A DNA stretch of 64,000 nt from Gracilinanus agilis. Lineage: Eukaryota. The notes under the pieces are model-generated. The model saw nothing but the letters and a program-made list of their open reading frames with translations, was not told where the DNA came from and searched no databases. The DNA lies in the NCBI RefSeq assembly GCF_016433145.1, contig NC_058134.1, forward strand, positions 218,425,550 through 218,489,549, in the 5' to 3' direction. Within the stretch, counting starts at the first letter, position 1. Each line of letters starts with the position of its first letter. Below are positions 58,445-64,000 of the stretch, piece after piece. A program made the translations under genes and the position numbers.

Positions 58445-58735
58445 AGTGGGGGAGGGGAGGGAAGGAAGGAAGGAAGGGAAGGAGGGAAGGGAAGAGAAGG
58501 GAAAGGAAGGGAAGGGAGAAAGTAAGTGAGGGAGAGAGCAAAAAGGAGAAGAAAACTAGGTAAGAATGAGGAAAGAGGGAGGAGAGAAAGAGTCAAGGTG
58601 AGGAAAGGAAAGAGAATGAGGAAAAGACAAAGAAAGGAAGAAAAAAGAGACAAAAACAGAGAAGAGAAGAAAGGAGTGACAGGGAAGGAGAAAAAGAGAA
58701 AGGCAAGGAGATAGGAGAAGAGGAAAGGGAGAAAG
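58445..58735. repeat. Polypurine low-complexity tract
   Basis: About 290 bp of almost pure A/G. Confidence 0.92.
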
Positions 58736-58874
58736 GAAGCCCCATGGGCCAATAAGGATATTTCTCTTCTAGAGCAGGTATCCAGGGTCATAAGTCCTCT
58801 TTCATCTATGATCAGCTTTTTGGTGTGCCTCTTTCCCTCAATTCTGCAGTCTGCTAGGGGAGGTCTGTTGGTGG

Positions 58875-58888
58875 CTGCCCTCTACTAG
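58875..58888 (-). promoter_or_regulatory. Candidate CTCF site
   Basis: Minus strand CTAGTAGAGGGCAG, 13/14 match to CCASYAGRKGGCRS, in non-repeat sequence. Confidence 0.5.
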
Positions 58889-59349
58889 AACTAATGGGCT
58901 TTATGCATTGATTTCTCTCCAGTCCTCATTGATCACTGTTGCTATACATGTAAACTCCACCATAACATGGACAGAGAAAGGAGTGAAGCAGTGAGTGAAC
59001 GAGAAAGCCATCCCATCACAGTGAAGGACTGGCCACAATGACCCTGACCATCATGGCCTAAGCATCCTGTGTGGAAAAAAAACCAATTCACAGTGATCTG
59101 GCATTAATAATAATAGCTCACATTTCTATCATGCTTGAATGTTTATAAAAATCTTTTTCTCCTCTCGACTCTAAGAGGTAAGGAATGAACATATGATTCT
59201 CTCTATTGTAAGAGATGAGGAAACTTCAAAGGCAGTAAATAAAGGGCTAGACTTGGAGTCAAGAAGGAATCCAGCCTCTGATACTAGCTGTCTGATGTGG
59301 AAGACTTCCTTGTTTCTCTACAAAGCACCTCCATATTTCCATGTTGTTA

Positions 59350-59570
59350 GGGGGCTCAGTGGATAGAGTACCAGGCTTGGAGTCAAGAAGACTTGACTTC
59401 AAATCTGCCCTCAACACTTATATAACCCTGGGCAAATCATTTACCCTGTTTGCCTCAGTTTCTTCATCTGTAAAGTGAACTGAAGAAGAAAATAGCAAAC
59501 CACTTCAGTATTTTTGCCAAGAAAACCTCAAATGAGGTTACAATGAATCAGAAATGACTAAACAATTTCC
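59350..59570 (+). mobile_element. MAR1-type SINE
   Basis: gctcagtggatagagtaccagg..gaaaatagcaaaccacttcagtatttttgccaagaaaacc. Confidence 0.87.
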
Positions 59571-59579
59571 ATGCACCAA

Positions 59580-60160
59580 CATTTGCACCTTTTGCCATTT
59601 TTCTCTCTCCCTTGACCTAAACATCCAGTCATTTGCCAAATATTTTCAGTCTTAACTCCATAACACCTCTGCTGTTCATCCCCTTTTCTCCATTTGCACA
59701 GCTTCTTCTACCCTACCTAATCCAACCTGAACTATTAGAATAGCTTCCTAGGAGATCTCACTGTCTCCAGCTTCTCTCTTCTCTAATCTGTCATCCACTC
59801 TTCCACTTAGTGGATATTCAAAAAAATACAACTGACTGTGTCTGCCTACCCCACCCCACCCTGCTCAACAGTCTTCAGTGGCTTTCTATTACCTCTAAGG
59901 TAAAACACAAAATCCTCACCTAGGATTAAAAAGCCTTTCACAATCTGATTCCCCCATATTTACCTTTCCTGTATTCTTTCCTCATTTTTCCCCTTGCACT
60001 CTCCATTCCAGTCAAATCGGCCAAAGAGAAATTTCCAGTACATGACAGTCCATCTTCTGTGGCCTTGCTTTATGCAAGTGGCCCCCCATGTGGAGAATCT
60101 ATTCACCATTCACCCTAGGATCCCCGGTTCTCTCCAAAGCACAGCTCAGATGCCACTTCC
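59580..60160 (+). mobile_element. L2 fragment
   Basis: Pyrimidine-rich L2 3' body (cttcagtggctttctattacctctaaggtaaaacacaaaatcctc). Confidence 0.75.
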
Positions 60161-60163
60161 TAT

Positions 60164-60236
60164 GGAAGGAAGGAAGGAAGGAAGGAAGGAAGGAAGGAAG
60201 GAAGGAAGGAAGGAAGGAAGGAAGGAAGGAAGGAAG
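60164..60236. repeat. (GGAA)n microsatellite
   Basis: Perfect tetranucleotide run. Confidence 0.97.
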
Positions 60237-60779
60237 CATCTATTAAGTGACTAATGTATGCTGGGCACTGAGCCTTAGCTCTTTACAAATTTATCACATT
60301 TGATCCTTATAACAGTCTTACAAAGTAGAGAAGTTATTATTATTTTCATTTTTCCATTATATTTTTCCATTATTTCCATATAGTTGTAACAGAGGTTAAT
60401 TGGTTTGCCAAGGTCATACAATTAGTAACTGTCTGAGTTCCGATTTGAACTCAGGTCTACTTATTCTAGGCCCAGCACTCTGTCCTCTACTGTGGCACCT
60501 AAACACCTCAAATGGAAAACAATGAAAGTATCTAAGTCATACTGGCAGTTATATAATGGGTGAATAAAAGATAGAATTGTGTATTTGTACAAAAGCCAAG
60601 AAGAAATCACTCCAAAGTAGGGGCAGGCCTTGTGGTAGCATCGAGTTTGAAAGAAGTTCAAAATATAATAGCATCTTCATGATTATTATTAATTAACGCT
60701 CATTGAACGCCCACCTAGTGCTGTGTTTGGCTCACTGATGAAGAGGCGATGAGGGAAGAGTGAATGAGGAAGGAATGAG

Positions 60780-60975
60780 CAATCCTGGGCATCGGAGAAT
60801 ATCTGTCTTCAACTATCTGAAAGGCTGTAATGAGGAAGAGGGATTTGACTTATTCTGCTTGGCCCCAGAGGGCAAAGCAAGAAACAGTGGGTAGAAAACA
60901 GGTTTCAACTGCAATTAATGAAGAAATTCCTAATAATCAGAGCTGCCCCAAAATGGAATGGGCTGTCTATGCCAT
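60780..60975 (+). mobile_element. L3/CR1 3' region
   Basis: gtcttcaactatctgaaaggctgtaatgaggaagagggatttgacttattctgcttggccccagagggca. Confidence 0.85.
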
Positions 60976-61299
60976 TGAGCATTATATCACAAAATCAACA
61001 CCTATCTGTGACATAGAGTAGAATTTGGAGGCATTCATAATCCTAAATAATTCAAGTTCTTTCTAGCAAACAAAGCTTCAAAGCAGTGTCCCTGTGACAT
61101 TTTTCTACTGTTAGAGAAGATAAATATTATCTCCATTTTATAGATGCAGAAACTGAGGCTCAGAGAAGTTAAGGCATTTAACCTGAACCACACATCTAGT
61201 AAGTGTCAAAATTGGAATTTGACTCCAAGTCCAGAATTCTGTCCATCCATTTGTTAATCAATCAATATATTTTTATTAAACCACTATGATGTTCTAGAA

Positions 61300-61545
61300 G
61301 GGACAGCTGGATGGCACAGTGGATAGTGCACTGGCCTTGAGTCAAAAAGACCTGAGTTCAAATTTGTCCTCAGACTTATTAGCTGTATGATCCTAGGGAA
61401 ATTACCCTAACCCTGTTTGCCTATGTTTTTTCATCTGTAAATTAAAATAGGGAAGGAAATGGCAAACCACTCCAGTATTTTTGCCAAGAAAAACCTAAAT
61501 AGCATCATGAAGAATTGGGCATGACTAAAATGGCTGAATAACACA
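61300..61545 (+). mobile_element. MAR1-type SINE
   Basis: gggacagctggatggcacagtggatagtgcactggcc..gaaatggcaaaccactccagtatttttgccaagaaaa. Confidence 0.9.
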
Positions 61546-62299
61546 ATGTACTAGGCATATGAGAAGACACCATGGGAGAGTGGGTGGGGAGTTGGCCTCA
61601 GAACCAGGAAGGCTATGATTTAGGACTCATCTTTCACATCATCATTGAGTGACCCTGGACAAGTCACTTAAATTTTCCATGTCCTAGGCAATTCTCTAAG
61701 AATCAAAGTTGAAGAGAAAGTCCTGGCCCACACTGAAAGAGGGAAATTCCTCACCTGAGACTTCTAATCTCTCTTCCCAGGTGCTTAGCACTGATAAAAA
61801 TAGTCTCCTACCCTCGAAGAGCTCCCATTCTACTGGAGATGACAATACTCACAAGCCAGAAGTGTACTCAGAAATAAATGCTGGGTCATTTGGGGAGGTG
61901 GAGGCAATGGCAGCTACAGGAATCAGGTGTACCTCATGCAGTCCTGGAGCTGAGGAATGGAGGAAATTAAGGATTTAATGTTGAAGAGGTTCAGAATGGG
62001 CAGATTTCAGGCCAGGGAGCCACATGTATACCAGTTAAAATAATGCCTCTTCCTTTGTTTTTTTAAGAGTGAGAGGTTTATAGAGATGTTTCTTCCCACC
62101 CACCTGCACACCCCAGAAGTTATGTCAAGCAACTGTTATCTCCATTTACATCCACTGAAGCTTGGGCCCAAAGCATTGAGTGACTGGCTTAAGGTTATAC
62201 AGCTAGTAATTAGCACAGACTGATCCTGAGTCTGTTTCATTTTTGTCTTTCTGCCCTAGTAACAGAGAAACAGAGACAGTGTGGCTCCAACCAAAAAAA

Positions 62300-62480
62300 A
62301 ATAAACAAGAAAGAAGTTGAGGTAAATAGAACTTTTTAAAAGTTTGATATGTTAGACCTCTGGAGAAAACTGAATGGTTATAGAAAGGAAAACACCTTTT
62401 TCTCAGCAGTACATAGCACTTTCACAAAAACTGACCATATAACAAGGCATAAAAAAACCTCACAACCAAAAGTAGAAAAG
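62300..62480 (+). mobile_element. L1 ORF2 endonuclease-domain fragment
   Basis: MLDLWRKLNGYRKENTFFSAVHSTFTKTDH matches L1 EN DLWRKLNG.RKEYTFFSAVHGTFTKIDH. Confidence 0.9.
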
Positions 62481-62725
62481 AGAGAGAATGGGGAAATAAT
62501 GAAAGAGAGAGGAAGGGAGAGAGATAGAGACAAGATAGAAAAAGAAGGAAGAAACAAAAAGAAAGGGTGAACATGGAAGGGGGAAGGAAGAGAGGAAAGA
62601 CAGAGAAAGGGAGACAATGGGGAGAGGTAGTTAAAGAGCAAGAGAACAGAGATGAGACAGAAAAAGGAAAAAGACAAAGGGGGATGGAAAAGAGAAATGA
62701 AAGTGGAGGAGAGAGAGAGAGAGAG
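62480..62725. repeat. Polypurine low-complexity tract
   Basis: AG-rich, ending in a (GA)n run. Confidence 0.85.
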
Positions 62726-62809
62726 ACTAGTTCAGCAACAACTAATATTTCTGACAATATGAAATATTCCACACCTAGTCCTTCTCAGCAAATTTTCTCA
62801 TTCTAGAGG

Positions 62810-63015
62810 CAAACTTGGTTACTAAAATTTTAATTTGTTGTTCAGCAATTTTTCAGATGCATCTGACTCTTCATGACTCCATTTGGAATTTTCTTGGCAA
62901 AGATATTGTAGTGGTCTGCCATTTCCTTCTCCAGATCATTTTACAAATGAGGAAACTGAGGCAAATAGAATCAAGTAACATGCCATGGGTAATACAACTA
63001 ATAAGTATCTGAGAC
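62810..63015 (-). mobile_element. MAR1-type SINE
   Basis: ttgttgttcagc..ccatttggaattttcttggcaaagatattg..gccatttccttctccag. Confidence 0.88.
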
Positions 63016-63289
63016 AATTTAAATAGCTAGCATTTATATAGTACTTTAAGAATTACAAGTACTTTGCATATGTTATCTCATTTGATACAATGTTATCTCA
63101 TTTGATACGATGATCCTATAAGATAGGTACTGTTATTATCCTCATCTTATAGATGAGAAAACTGAGACTGGGAGAGTTATTGCCCAGGGACTCCCAGCTA
63201 ATAAATGTATAAGGCAGAATCTTCCGAACTCCAAGTCTAGTGGTCTCTCCACTAGGTCACCTACCTGCCTCTTATGCAACCTTCAGGTT

Positions 63290-64000
63290 TGTTTCTTGTT
63301 TGTTATTTTCAGTTTACATCATTGTAGTTATTGTGTAGATTATTTTCCTGACTCTGCTTGTCATGCTTAGCATTTGTTGATACGATTCTTCCCATGCTTC
63401 TCTGAATTACTGTTTCTTTTCTAAAATTTTAAATTTCCTTCATGTACCACGTTTTGTTAAACAAATTGTTTAGATGGGCATCTACTTTGTTTCCAATTCT
63501 TTGCTACCACAAAAGCATTGTTATCAATCATTCAATCAATTAAAATTATCAAATGTCTGCTATATGCCAGATACCAGAAATACTAGAGACAAAAAGACAA
63601 GAGTGAGACAATTCATACCCTTAAAGGGCTTAAATTCTCTCAGGGCAACCAATACATTCACATACAAAATATGCTACAGATATTTTAATATATATGTACT
63701 TCTCTGTCAGTGACCTTCCTGTGGTTTATGGCTGAGGGTGGAAAATCTAAGTCAAAGGGTATGAAAATGTTAGGCACTTTCTTAGCATAGCTATAAATCA
63801 CTTTCTAGAATAGCTGTACCCATCTACATCTCCACCAATAATGTACCAGTACACCCAGTTTTCTAGCAGTCCCTCTGGAACTGAGCATTTCCATCTTTTG
63901 ACATCTTTGGGGCACTTAACCTTTGATAAAAGAATCATTCGCATTAAATACCTTTGTTGTACTTTTCTCCAAAGATTTTTCCTATTTCTGTGTTTGGTCT
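63290..64000 (-). mobile_element. Old L1 ORF2-end/3' fragments interrupted by an L2-type tail, running off the window
   Basis: tttccaattctttgctaccacaaaagc and aagtcaaagggtatg..atagctataaatcactttctagaatag resemble the L1 ORF2 end. Confidence 0.7.

Noticed and set aside
58327-58791. Hydrophobic F/L/S-rich or R/K/E-rich ORFs (also 31249-31617 and 62378-62772)
   Set aside because: Translations of polypurine/polypyrimidine low-complexity DNA, not membrane proteins
63070-63108. 20-bp tandem duplication (atgttatctcatttgatac x2)
   Set aside because: Small local duplication inside a MIR; no sign of function

Overview
Marsupial genomic DNA, almost certainly a didelphid opossum and most like Monodelphis domestica. 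The basis is SINE1_Mdo-type, MAR1-type and MdoRep1-type SINEs, marsupial L1 3' ends and opossum-type hAT MITEs; there are four N-gaps. I can support exactly one protein-coding gene: a complete, intact 7-exon IFT27 (RABL4/BBS19) on the + strand (CDS 5152-28008, 186 aa, all introns GT-AG). It has a CpG-island promoter carrying tandem RFX X-box-like sites and an AATAAA at 28097. The rest is introns and a 36-kb gene-free tract dense in CORE-SINEs, L2, L3/CR1 and L1 fragments and simple repeats. By human synteny PVALB would lie upstream and CACNG2 downstream, both outside the window. None of the other ORF-track entries looks like a real gene. I found no evidence for a new multi-gene biological system. 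The best leads are: five hAT MITEs from three families (one resembles the horizontally transferred hAT1 group), a tandem splice acceptor that would delete the first P-loop glycine of IFT27, a G-quadruplex/TTAGGG minisatellite, a very young SINE with a perfect 16-bp TSD, and several TE-free motif-dense candidate enhancers. Repeat family names come from my recall of consensus sequences, not from a database search, and most repeat boundaries are approximate.
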